Positions 1 to 11,700 of a DNA stretch of 64,000 bases are shown piece after piece. The position numbers were made by a program, and so were the translations under genes. The notes under the pieces are model-generated. The model worked only from the letters and a program-made list of their open reading frames with translations. It searched no databases and was not told the origin of the DNA. Source of the stretch: Chrysomallon squamiferum (Eukaryota; Animalia; Mollusca); assembly GCA_012295275.1 (NCBI GenBank), contig CM022671.1, forward strand, positions 33,418,001 through 33,482,000, written 5' to 3'. Position 1 is the first letter of the stretch, and each line of letters begins with the position of its first letter.

Positions 1-2725
1 GATCTGGATTAGAAATTGAAAGAGATATGTTGAACAGAATGAAAGAACATATCCAACAATGTGCCAATAATTTCAAAACTGTCACTGTTACTCTCTATCA
101 TGCACCAGGTGGTGGTGGAACCACAATGTCTCAAAGAATTTTGTGGGATCTCCATAAGATTATCCCATGTGTTGAAGTGAAAAAGAATGCTCATGTTGAA
201 GGATTAATAGACAGAATTACTTTCATTCATGATAAAACGCATCTACCAGTATTGGTATTACTAGATGGAGATGATGAGGTGAAGGTAAAACAACTGAACA
301 CAGGTTTGAAATCAGTGTATTCTGTATTGTTGTATGTCAAAAGATACATTGGACCAATGCTAGAACCAAATTATAACCTGGATGAAAATAAATTTTGGTT
401 AAAAGGAAGAGTATCAGCATGTGAAGCCAACAGACTTGCACTCAAATTTCAAGACCACTGTGATGATGAAGCAAAGAAAAGAAAGCTTGCCAAACTCAGC
501 AGAGAAGTGCGGGAGAAACAAATTTCACATTATGTTTTTGAATTTGGGATGACAACATATTGTGCTGAATATAAAGGTATTGCATCTTTTGTTAGAGGTT
601 ATTTAAGTTTAGACAGATATCCAGAAATGGACCTTTTACCATGGCAAAAGCTTTTAGCATATTTGTCCTTGGTATACTACTATGGCCAGGCATCAGTGCC
701 TTGTCAGTTTTTTGGACAACTACTGAACAAACCATCAAATTATGTCATTGACATGGATGATTTTCCACATCCACTTTGTTTATTTGTTGTACCTAGTTCA
801 AATAAATATAGAGCTAATGAGATCAGAATCTGTCATTACTTTGTTGCTAAGGAGGTACTTGAATATGTACTTAATCCTTTGAAAGATGGTTTACAAGAAA
901 ATTATCTCAGCAGAACTGCTAAAAGGAACTTAAAAAAACTGTGCATTGAGTTCATAGACTATGCTGGTCACAAAAATCTGAAATCTTCTTTAACTGCCAC
1001 AACAGTCATACGTATTCTAACTGAAACGTTTATCTATAGAGACAACAAAAATATTGGAGAAAGTGAAATCTCCAAAAACAGGAAACCTGTGTTTGCAAAG
1101 GCAGTCATTGATGTTGACCAATATCAACCCTTTACAGGGAGACTTGAAGTTCTGCGAAAACTAACAACTTCTTTTCCTCAGGATCCAAACTTTCATGCTC
1201 ATCTTGGACGATTTTATGCTTGCTGCAGACCAGAAGAAGAAGACAAGGCAGAAGCTTGTTTTGAAGATGCTCTCAAACTCTGTGAGCAACAGAACTTGGG
1301 GAAAGAAATAAATGATATTGAGGATAGCATGCGTTTAACTCTCATGCATGTTTATCATATGTATGGTACCATATTTAAACAAAGAGTGTCAAAATTTACT
1401 GGAAAACCACCATGGAACAAAACACAAGTAAACATAGATGACAGTCAGTTCTTGTCTAAAGCTGAAAACCTAACAATTGTTGCAGAGAAGGCTTGCAAAT
1501 ACTTTGGACTCAGTAGAAAACATAAACCACTAGGACATGGTGAAACAACTGATTATTCATTTTCTTCTGAAATCATAGTCCGTCTTCATGTATGTGACTT
1601 TGTAAGAAAACACCAAGGACAGAATGGAATAACAAAGTTCATTAAAGAGAATAATGATCATCCAGCAGCTAAATTCATTAAGAAAAGTGTTTATACCATT
1701 GAAGATTTAATGGTAGAATACTACAATACAGTTGATCCTGATAATGCAGATCAAGAATATCAGAGAGCCATAGTTTGGTATCATGTTTTATTCAGTGAAC
1801 ATACAGATAAACTGAAAAACTGTTTCCAACTGTTGATCATGATTCTAGGAGATTAACAATTGCTGCTATCAAAACTAAAATATCTTGAAAATTTTAAAGG
1901 CACCTTGTAGTGTTTTTGAGGAAAACCATTTCAGAAGATGACATACAGTTGGTAACATTATATGAAGGAAATTTCATCGATGCTCATATATCTTCTGAAA
2001 TAAATAAAAGAAAACTTGATGGTGATTATAAAGAATGGATAATTGCTATTCGAAATCCTGCTTTCCATAAAAGCTATTCTGTTGAACATGTTCTAACATT
2101 TGTACGTGACTGGAATTATTTTGTATCCAGTCCCTTATCTCGGTTTTATCTTTTCATCTGTACAAGTCTCATTGGTTTTGGTATAGGATTTCAGAAAGGT
2201 TTCAGTGAATCTTTGGTAGAAGCACAGATCATTAAAGATGATCTTCAGAAAATGAGCAAATCAATTTGGAGGCCTCGTTATCCAAGAGAATGGCTGGGTA
2301 AAAATGAAGAAGACATTAAATGTCTTTTAACCAATAACAGAATTGGTCACATTGAAGACAGACATATTGACCATTCTTCTGAATTAGCAGTATGTAAAGG
2401 GACTATATGCAGTCCAAATAAAAAACCTCTGAGTGGATATATTGACTTGGATCTTGGGGAAAATCCAGTTTCTGTAAAGGTATTTTTTATCCCATTAAAA
2501 GCAAAACTTAACAGCACAAGGTATGCTGGAATAAGGGTACAGTTCCATTTAGCATTTACATTAGACCATGGATATGAAGCATTTACAGTTATGCTTCTGA
2601 AAAAATATCCTTGCTATGCCTGTGGAAGAAAGACAGAAATTACAATGGACAAAAAGTTGATTACCTGTAGGTGTGGAGAACTTGTTCTGAAAGATGAAAA
2701 GGGAACTGAAGAAGAAATGATTTAA
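1..2725 (+). CDS. SAMD9: SAMD9/SAMD9L-like STAND NTPase, copy 1 (5'-truncated by the window; four frameshifts at ~1815-1921, so either an assembly error or a recent pseudogene)
   Basis: ORFs 27..1856 and 1910..2725 are collinear with the C-terminal ~900 aa of the 1579-aa ORF. Motifs: Walker A LYHAPGGGGTTMSQRILW (SAMD9-type, no Lys), Walker B PVLVLLDGD, TPR-like FHAHLGRFYA, OB-fold end VQFHLAFTLDHGYEAF. The frame is open back to base 3 (SGLEIERDM, matching GHLEVERDIM in copy 2). Confidence 0.85.
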
Positions 2726-5700
2726 AAAACATTATCAAACTTGAAACTTTATGCTGTTTTTATTCAATTATTTAAATTTGGTTGTTTATCTTTGCTTATA
2801 ATTATTAAATGATGGTAATAATTATATATATAAAAAAAAGATACCCCCTCCCAAAAAAAAGAAGCAAATTACATGAATTTTAAATAAATATCCATTTTGA
2901 ACAACTTTTTTGAAAAACATAACAAAAGCACTAAAATGTTATGGCTAATGAGTGTGAATTTAAAACACTAACAAGAAGAAGAAAATATTTCTGTGACCTT
3001 TTATTAAAATTCTTTGATGAAAACTATTATCATTTGTTTTATTATCTGCAGTTGGTTTACAATTCATTTCCTAATTTTTAGTTGCTTCAATCTCATAACT
3101 TAAACAAATGAAAATGGATTTATTTTCTTTTAAAAGCTATTATATAGTTTTATGCACCTTTTTATTCCATTTATTAATAACTATGTCTGTTAATTCCTAT
3201 TGTTCAGACAAAAATATTTCCACTATCATATCTTATCACTAATTTTTGTAACAACTGCCATTTTCTGTGATTTCCAAACAGACATTACAATAGATATTAC
3301 ATCATGTAATACTGCAAACCCCACAACATTGCCAGCTTAGGATTTTTATATGAGATAATTTTGATTCAAACTGATTTAACAGTGATGCAAGTTTTGAATA
3401 TAATTAAATGGTGATGAACCAACAATGAACTGTTTATAAACTATTTTGAACAATGAACTATTACTGCATATTTTCCTTTTATTGTTTTTTCTTATAACAG
3501 TAATGTGTATAAAAGAGTGAAACTTAAATAACTGTAATGCACCCTTCTGATATATGTGGGAATTACATAATGAAGTTAATAAATAAAGAATAGATTTCCA
3601 TATCACAGAGAAATAGCTTGTTGAAAACTAAGTTACTACATAAAAATGGAAAGGCAACAAGCATTCACTTCCTTTAACCGAAAGATTCATTTTCATTTTT
3701 TTTTTTCTTTATATGAAGATTTTAGATACAAATGCTTGTTTCTGTCAACATTGTGAATTTAAAAATAATAAAGTATTAGTAATAATGCAGTTTTATAATC
3801 AGTTTGTGGTCATGTGAATTGCTTTTTGATACTGCTTTGATTTCTTTCATATAATAAAATATTCTTAATTTGTAGATATATAGCTGTTAGTGCTTAATGG
3901 TGTTATTAGTATTTCTAATGTGTTTTTTTATCAATTTTTAAAAATATTAAAAATTAAAATAAAAAATAATTATATAATATGTATGTATTATTTATTTATT
4001 ATAGGACAATGTTTACACACACACACGCACATAATATATATGCAGCTCTTGATGAGAAATAATTTATCATTTACTATCAGTTTTATTCATTTTTAAGTTT
4101 GTAATGAGACAATATATATTTTGAAATTATGTACAAACATTACTGAATTTATAAAAATATAGTGCTACACTAAATTATGGGAATTAATTTGCTGAAACTG
4201 TGTCAGAATTCAGTGTCTTACATAGGTAAAGTTATCTATAAAACAGGTGTCACACAACTAAACAGTGGCAGAATTTCAGTGTTTATGATAGGCACCATTT
4301 TTCATAGATACACTCCTTAAATTTTATGACTGGTTTACTTCTGTAGATGCTTTTAATGTTCAGTTGTTGTCTCTTTTTTCTTTGTAATATATATATATAT
4401 ATATATATATAAAAATTAAGAATATAAAATATTAAAATATGTATTATATATATATATATATATGTCTGTGTGTATGTTGAAAATATCACAAAATCTATTA
4501 CAGATTCAGTCAGCCAAATCAAATGGTATATATAAAAACAGACACTATTAACAGCATTCATACATTTTGTTAATTTGTTTTTAATTTAAGACATTAAACA
4601 TAACTGATTCTATAATTTTCTGTGTGTATGTGTTTTATTTTATTTTTGTTGTGGTTGTTTTCTTTATCTCAGATGAAAGTAATAAATAATATAAATAAAT
4701 ATTCCTGAAAACTTATGTTTTATTATAAACTTTTGAATGTAACACAAAAACTAATAAAACTTTTTTGAAATTCAAATATTTTCTTTTTGAATTTGATATA
4801 GTTTTAGCAGAAATGGATTTGTAATGGCATTTGTGACAATTAATACAACTAATTTTGAATACAAATGTAATAAATTGAATATAGTTAATAACTGATCAAG
4901 CCAGACAATAAATATTCAGAAAACTTTAGAACAGTGTTTTGTTATGGAAAACATTATACTTGCTGAAATTTCAGGTTTGATTGCCATTCTGTCATTTATA
5001 ATAATCACTTAAAATTAAATAAAGTTTTACACAATTTCATTTTTAAGTAGCTTATCGTGAAGTGAATACTGTTCACTGTTAAAGTTTTAATTTCCCGAGA
5101 ACCAACTTCAAACTAATTTTAAATCAGAATTGGTTTATCACCATAAACATTCTTCGTTAAAATACATTCACACTTCAAACCATTTTCAGTATGTGTAGTA
5201 TACATTGATATGAGTGAACAGGCTTGTGGCGAGGATAGGACATTAACACCAACAGTTGCTAAAACCGATGTCAAATTAATAAACGATTATGTGCTAAATT
5301 TCATTGATACGGGACAAAAAAATAAATATAATAATAATAATAAATAAATAAAAGTACAATATTTATGCTAATGAACTACCAACCAACACAGTTCGGCCAC
5401 GTAAGGAAAGAGTAAATCACGAAATCAACCGAATTTTCCCGACTGTAATACACGACTGTTAACCACGGCTGATTAAGGTATTACAATTCTTCATATGTTT
5501 GCAGCGCAACTAAGTAATATATTGGCTCTAAAATTTTACAAAATGGGTTTTTTACAAAATGTTTGGAATTATCATTTTACTTTTTGTTTTTCAAAGAAAA
5601 AGAAGATAGTTGATCGGGTATGTATATATATCCAATATTAGCATCTAGAAACCAAAAAGCTAAGAATTATCAACATTATTTTATAGTAAACTTTCACAAA

Positions 5701-5731
5701 CTGATAAAATAATGACATGTCTGTGAAGTCT

Positions 5732-5743
5732 ACTTTCACTTTC
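5732..5743 (-). promoter_or_regulatory. IRF-binding element (IRF-E/ISRE-like, GAAAGTGAAAGT)
   Basis: ACTTTCACTTTC on + matches the IRF consensus GAAANNGAAA(G/C)(T/C). It lies in a locally CpG-retaining patch (~5260-5840) just upstream of a strong splice donor. Confidence 0.55.
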
Positions 5744-5744
5744 G

Positions 5745-5859
5745 ACAGTTGTTTAGCTGATATTCCATTGTTTTAACAAGCAAGAACACCAAAAAAAGAG
5801 TGAGCGACAGCTGCACGACTGTAACTTGTTTTCGAGATTACTGAACTTGATTATCTTAG
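5745..5859 (+). other. Putative non-coding first exon of SAMD9-like copy 2 (start approximate)
   Basis: Consensus donor AG|GTGAGT at 5859/5860, CpG-containing context, and a downstream acceptor ttttaag at 6496. The TSS cannot be determined from sequence. Confidence 0.5.
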
Positions 5860-6512
5860 GTGAGTGACCCAAAATAATAATAATTATATGCAAATTAAAT
5901 ATTAAATTTGAAATTAAACAATAAAATGTTAAATTTAAATATGAATATAATTCAATGCGGATTTATTAACTAGAATAAAAGTTCAACTATACACCTTAGA
6001 AATAAATAATAACAATTTAAAAAATAATATATAAAAATAATAATCACAGCTTACAAAAACATTGAAGTATATGACCAATAGTTTTGATTTATTATCCTTT
6101 TAAGGGATTTAAATGTAAATTTCATTTATTTTCTTTTAAAAGTAAATGAAAAAACTTGATATCTAGTTTGTATTTAGGATATGTAAATTAATATAAGGCA
6201 AGCTAGACAAATCCCACAGTCCTGAGAATAATTATAAATAGAACAAAAACAAAAACTAACCTTTTGCTAAAATTGATGCTAAAAGTGTTCACTGTTTTAC
6301 CAGCTCAATGCAATTATAAGTTTGTTCTGTCATAACATATTACTGGGACTTGATTTTAATCCATGGTCACCTGCTGACATCTGATCGTACATATGAACAT
6401 ATAAAAGTATTTAATTTTATATTGCATTTCCAAGAACTAGTTATCCACTGTGTAATCACTTTGCATTACTTAAAATTTGTTTAATTTAATTTTAAGACTT
6501 TTCGCTGGCATC

Positions 6513-6576
6513 ATGGCTGAAAATGATGAAGAAAGTCAAACAATGGATCAGGCACAGGCACAAGCCACAAATGAAG
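6513..6576 (+). CDS. SAMD9: SAMD9-like copy 2, first coding exon (MAENDEESQTMDQAQAQATNE, ends phase 1)
   Basis: Acceptor AG at 6495-6496, ATG in good Kozak context (atcATGG), donor AAG|GTAAAT at 6576/6577. Phase is compatible with the next two exons. Confidence 0.7.
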
Positions 6577-6840
6577 GTAAATATTCATACACCACAAATC
6601 TAGAAATGAGAGGTGATGATTTATATAAATGAAGTTTGTTTGCATTCAGTTTTGTATTTGTGGATTAAACTTAACTAAATAAATAAATAAATCAATCAAT
6701 TAATAAATAAATAAATACCTTTATAGGAAAAACTTTCTTTGAATAATTTTGGTCTGTTGAAAATACTACATACACTAAACAAATGTTGTGTTGTTTTTAA
6801 GAAAAAAAAAAATATTTAATTGTCTTATTTTTACTTACAG

Positions 6841-6963
6841 ATCAGAGATGTACTATAATTAACTATTTCAGAGACTGTAAGTTTAAGAATGTTGACAAAC
6901 TACAAGTAGGAGGAAACAACTCTATAATAAATCAGGCATCAGATCTTCTAGCTTCCTCAAAAG
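6841..6963 (+). CDS. SAMD9: SAMD9-like copy 2, second coding exon, encoding a RHIM-like motif (DQRCTIINYFRDCKFKNVDKLQVGGNNSIINQASDLLASSK)
   Basis: Pyrimidine tract and ttacag acceptor ending at 6840, donor AAG|GTATAT at 6963/6964. 123 nt, phase 1-1, with no stop in the required frame. Confidence 0.7.
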
Positions 6964-7494
6964 GTATATTAATAAAAATAATAAATTACTCAATACAGGT
7001 GAATGATCTTAAATTTCATTTAAAAAAAGTATAATTGTGTGCATAGTATCTAACTCAGATTCTTATATTAATAGTAATGGCATCACATAATCTTGTTTAT
7101 TTAATGAAGCATTCAATACATTGTATTTACGGTTTTGTGGCATAAGACATATTCTTTTTCTTCTTGGAGGCCATTGATAAGTCCTTGGAGTTTGGTATTT
7201 AGGAATATGTCTTGTGTCCAAACTTTCTGACAGTTCACTTCCAGGTATTGGCAGTATTTGCAAGACCCATCTTTTTCAGTACAGTTTGCAGATGAAAATT
7301 ATTGTTTGTTCTTTCCTGTTGAACTGATATATGCAGTCTTTATCAGGGCTGTAACCTGTAGTTTCTGATCTTCCACTTTGAACTTTAATTTTGAAGTGCA
7401 TATTATGAAGGATAGCATTCGCAGAATTAGCTTATCATTTTGGCCAGCAGGTCAGCTTTTTCATTACCTGCTGGTATCCACTGGAGAGCACTGA

Positions 7495-7640
7495 ACATAA
7501 TTATGATTAAGGATCACTCAGATAATAGGCAAGGAAACCTACATCTGTCAGTTATGGACTGTTCATTCTGATTAGCAGAATAGAATCTTTATATGCACCA
7601 TTCCAGTCAGGAAAGTATGTACCACATCTTTGTTACACTG
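7495..7640 (-). mobile_element. Degenerate fragment of a mollusc-type tRNA-derived SINE
   Basis: The sequence aaggatcactcagata...ggaaacc...gattagcag...tttatatgcaccat...taccacatctttgttacac resembles, from memory, an abundant gastropod SINE. Related decayed pieces occur at ~48197, ~50265 and ~53020. Not verified by search. Confidence 0.4.
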
Positions 7641-7809
7641 ATTATCCTCAGCTACCAAGGTGATAATTACTGTAAGAAAATGACTTTGTTATAAACACTG
7701 ACATCATCTTTTGATTCCAAACTGAAATTTTCTTCCTGATACCCTAGTCTTTTTATAGCTGAATGGCTGCTGATGATGGGGAATTTATGTTTTAAATGTT
7801 AAACATATA

Positions 7810-8553
7810 CAGTGGTACCTTGAGTTACAAGTGCTCCAACTTACTGGCTTTTCGATTTACAAGCAGCTGCCCTGTCAATTTTTTGCTTTGAGTTGTGAGC
7901 CAAAATCCAAGTTATGAGCAAGCTTTGGATACACCACCAGTAGTTGGTGCAATGAACATCACAACATCCTCTCAGTGAATTCCTCGTTTGCTTCATGTGG
8001 TTACCTCGCCTTGGAAGCATCTCTGTTGTTTTGTGCAGTATTTTGCTATTATTTCATGGAGCCTAAGAAAGTGAATGCAAAGGACAGTGGTGAGAAGACA
8101 AAGCGATGATGTCCATTGAATTAAAGCTTGAATTCATAGAAAAACATGAGCGAGGTGTGCGAGTAGTCAACATGGCTCGGCAGTACAAGCTTAGTAATTT
8201 TTCTATATGTACCATATTGAAGCAGAAGGCATTGATAAAGGCTATAACTCCAGCCAAAGGCATTAAAATAATTTCTAAGCAACAGACCTCTGTCCATGAA
8301 ACCCTAATCCTGTACACTTTACAAAACCAATTTATTTCTTTACATTCTCTTTTATTTTGTTTTTTTATACAATATTTGTCATTTATACATACATTTTTCT
8401 TATTTAAAGACACCTTACAAAAATCTGGGGCTGGAATGGATTAATGGTATTTCAATTAATTTCATCTGGGAAAATGTATTTGATATATATGAGCAAATTG
8501 AGTTACAAGCTCGGCCACGGAATAAATTAAACTTGTAAGTCAAGGTACCACTG
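7810..8553 (+). mobile_element. Non-autonomous Tigger/pogo (Tc1-mariner superfamily) DNA transposon, 744 bp, in an intron of SAMD9-like copy 2
   Basis: 23-bp TIRs CAGTGGTACCTTGAGTTACAAGT / ACTTGTAAGTCAAGGTACCACTG (1 mismatch) with TA target duplications at 7808-7809 and 8554-8555. Internal CENP-B/psq HTH remnant MSIELKLEFIEKHERGVRVVNMARQYKLSNFSICTILKQK (8106 onward). No DDE domain. Confidence 0.92.
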
Positions 8554-8651
8554 TATTTTGTTATATGTTAATAGCAAAGTGTGTAAAGTGTCACTGAACA
8601 AAATTTAATAAATATATTGACTTATTACAAATAAATTCTTTAAATATATTT

Positions 8652-8657
<6 letters not shown>

Positions 8658-8728
<71 letters not shown>
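8658..8728. repeat. (CT)n microsatellite
   Basis: Pure dinucleotide run. Confidence 0.95.
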
Positions 8729-8731
<3 letters not shown>

Positions 8732-8795
8732 AACAAAAATCATAAAATTAGAACCAAAATTGTTGTATATATATACACACATAACATTTTTTCAG

Positions 8796-11700
8796 ATACT
8801 GGTGAGGATTATAACAAAAGTGACATATTTGCAGCACTTGTTACAAGTTGTCTCAACCCAACAAACTCTTCAAGGGCAAAAGAAATGAAACTACAGGTTC
8901 TGGAAAAGAAACTTGATACTCTGCTATCATTCATATATAGAAAGAAGACAAAATTTAGAGATGTGTATGGAAAACCTACATCTGATTTTATTGAAAAGAA
9001 TAATGATAGGTTTGCCCTCATCAACAAAAATGGTGCTCTTTATGTGAAATTAAAGATATCGGCAGTGAAATATGAAGAAAATAAGATGGCAAGTTATAAA
9101 TGTACTGAGGACAAAGGTGAAAAGGATGAAGTAGATAGAAGTCAGGAAGGATTTCAGCCAGTCAGTGATAAATGTGAGAGTGAAGTCTGGGTGAAACAGA
9201 TGTCAAAGAAATGTACTGAGGACAAAGGTGAAAAGGATGAAGTAGATAGAAGTCAGGAAGGATTTCAGCCAGTCAGTGATAAATGTGAGAGTGAAGTCTG
9301 GGTGAAACAGATGTCAAAGAAACAGAGAAGAAAAGCCAATAAAAAGGAAAAGAAAGATGACAATGTCAGCAACGAGAGCATTTTTTTCATCCAGTCTGAT
9401 ACCAAGTCCTCTTTAGACAAAACTTTTGTTGAAGGCCTCCTAAATCAGACAGAAAGTAATAATGTAGTATTTTACCCTGATGACAAAATTTATAAAGATA
9501 ACCCATACCAGTTTATGCAGGATGTTGTAAGTATATGGAACACTCCCTACAGACATGATGGTTTCATTGTTCTGGGTGTAGAATGTCAGATGCAGATGCC
9601 ACATAAAGTGATAGGTCTTAATACTTCAAATGGCAATGATGTTTACCAAAATCTCTTTGTTGCACAGTGCTTCAAAATTAAACCCCAGTATGAATACACA
9701 GAACATTTGTACAATGGAAAAATTGTAGGAGTTATCACAATTCCAAGTAGCCATGGGAAGGGTTATCCATCAGTTGTTGAAAACAATTCATGCGAACCAC
9801 ATTTTGTCAAAGGCCAGTTGTGGGCCCGTTTCAACAAGGTAAACAAATTAATACCTGCAGAAGATTTGTTCACAGGACAAATTTACTTCTGGTTCTTCTC
9901 ACCAATTACTACAACGTCCTTTGTGGAGCCTGAACCTCAGTCAGTGACAAGAGAATCTCAAACCTCTGAATCTGAAGTAGAGTTAGAAATTCAGGAACTC
10001 CCGGAGGTTTGTGAAGAGAAGACAGAGTTTGCAGCAGCTGTGGACTGTTTCAAGAAAGGCTTTTTTGTTTTAATTTCTGGCAAATCACCAAAGATATCAA
10101 AGCACTTGGAAAAGCTTGCCCTTGTACCATGGGTGTCAGTTTATGACTTTGACAAATACAGCAGAGACTGTGGTTTGCTTTCTTGTCTTGAAGATGTCAT
10201 TAAGAAGAAGAGATACTTAAATGTGCACACATGGATGACACCAGCATCTAATCTGACAGAAAGTGGAACACAGTGGTGTTGTATGAGAGGCCTGAGAGAA
10301 ATTGCAGACAGTGATACACCAGATGATCCACTGAGATGGTTTAAACACACAAAATCAGGTCTTGATAATATTTGTCTCAGTCTGGCTAGATTTGCTGAGA
10401 TTTATACAGTCCTTAAGATAATAATCTTTTGGCCTGATGATGAACAGAGGGTCCAGTACATTTACCGATTTCTGGCTCATCTTGATGGATATTTAGGACC
10501 ATCAAAGCTGGTCATCATCTGTTTTGAAGATCCAAGGACAGACGTGTCAAAATCACGGCTTTCCATGTTAATCAGTGAGCATAAAGAAGATGCTGTAAAA
10601 ATTGTCATGCATCAGGACGAGCTGTGTTCTGAAATAGAAAACTTGTTAGAAAGCAGAGAGGTGGCAAAAAAAGTTAGTTATACTCTACCAAAAGAGGAGG
10701 GTTATGCCAATTGTTATATTGATGAAACTGATGCCATCTGGTTGCGTGAGGACCTGGATGTCCTCTTTGAATCAAACCCATACACCAAAAATGAATCTGA
10801 TGTGGATGTTTTGGATAAAGAAGCTGACAACTTCTTTCATGGTGGAACCATTCACTGGTTTGCCTGGTATGAATTGGGTTCTGGACATTTAGAAGTTGAA
10901 AGAGATATCATGTTCAGCATTTTGGATCATATTAATAAAAAAATCAAGAAAGAATATCGAAGTTTTATCATTACCCTCTTTCATGCTCCAGGTGGTGGTG
11001 GTACCACAATGGCTCAGAGAATCCTGTGGGAACTTCATCGCACCATCCCTTGTGCTGAAGTGAAAAAGAGAGCTACAATTGATGGGTTAACAGATAAAAT
11101 TATGTTCCTTCATGAAAAATCCAACCTTCCTGTAGTTCTGCTTTTTGATGGAGGTGAAGAATCAGGAATTAAACAATTGGTGAAATGTCTCCACTCTGTT
11201 TTTGCCATAATTCTTTATGTGAAGAGACACCCTTACATGATTCCAGAGGTAGCGTCTCGACCATGGGATAACAAATTTTGGTTGGATGGCAAAGTGTCAG
11301 GTGTAGAAGCCAAAAAGCTTGCACTGAAATTTGCTAGTAGATGTGAATCCAAAAAGAATAAATTAACCAAAATGAGTAGAGAAGTGCATGATGAAGGAAA
11401 ATCTCATTATGTTTTTGAATTTGGAATGGCTGTTTATTTATCAGAATTTAAAGGCATTTCTTCTTTTGTTAGAGGATACCTAGATTTTGAAAGGAATCCT
11501 CAAAAACAGCTTTCACCTATACAGAATGTTCTTGTCTATTTGTCTCTTGCATATTACTATGGTCAGTCACCTATACCGTGTCAATTTTTTGCACCTCTGC
11601 TTGGTAAACCATCAAATTATGAGATTGACATGGAAGATTTTCCTCACCCAGCAAGTGTTTTCATAGTAAAAGATTTGAATAATGGAAGAGCCAATGACAT

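Noticed and set aside
7063-7420. Coding-like - strand stretch in the SAMD9-like intron
   Set aside because: Interrupted by stops with no recognisable family; possibly a decayed transposon, but unsupported.
10982-11008. Walker A lacking the catalytic lysine (GGGGTT) as a sign of inactivation
   Set aside because: Vertebrate SAMD9/9L have the same GxGGTT variant, so it is a family trait.
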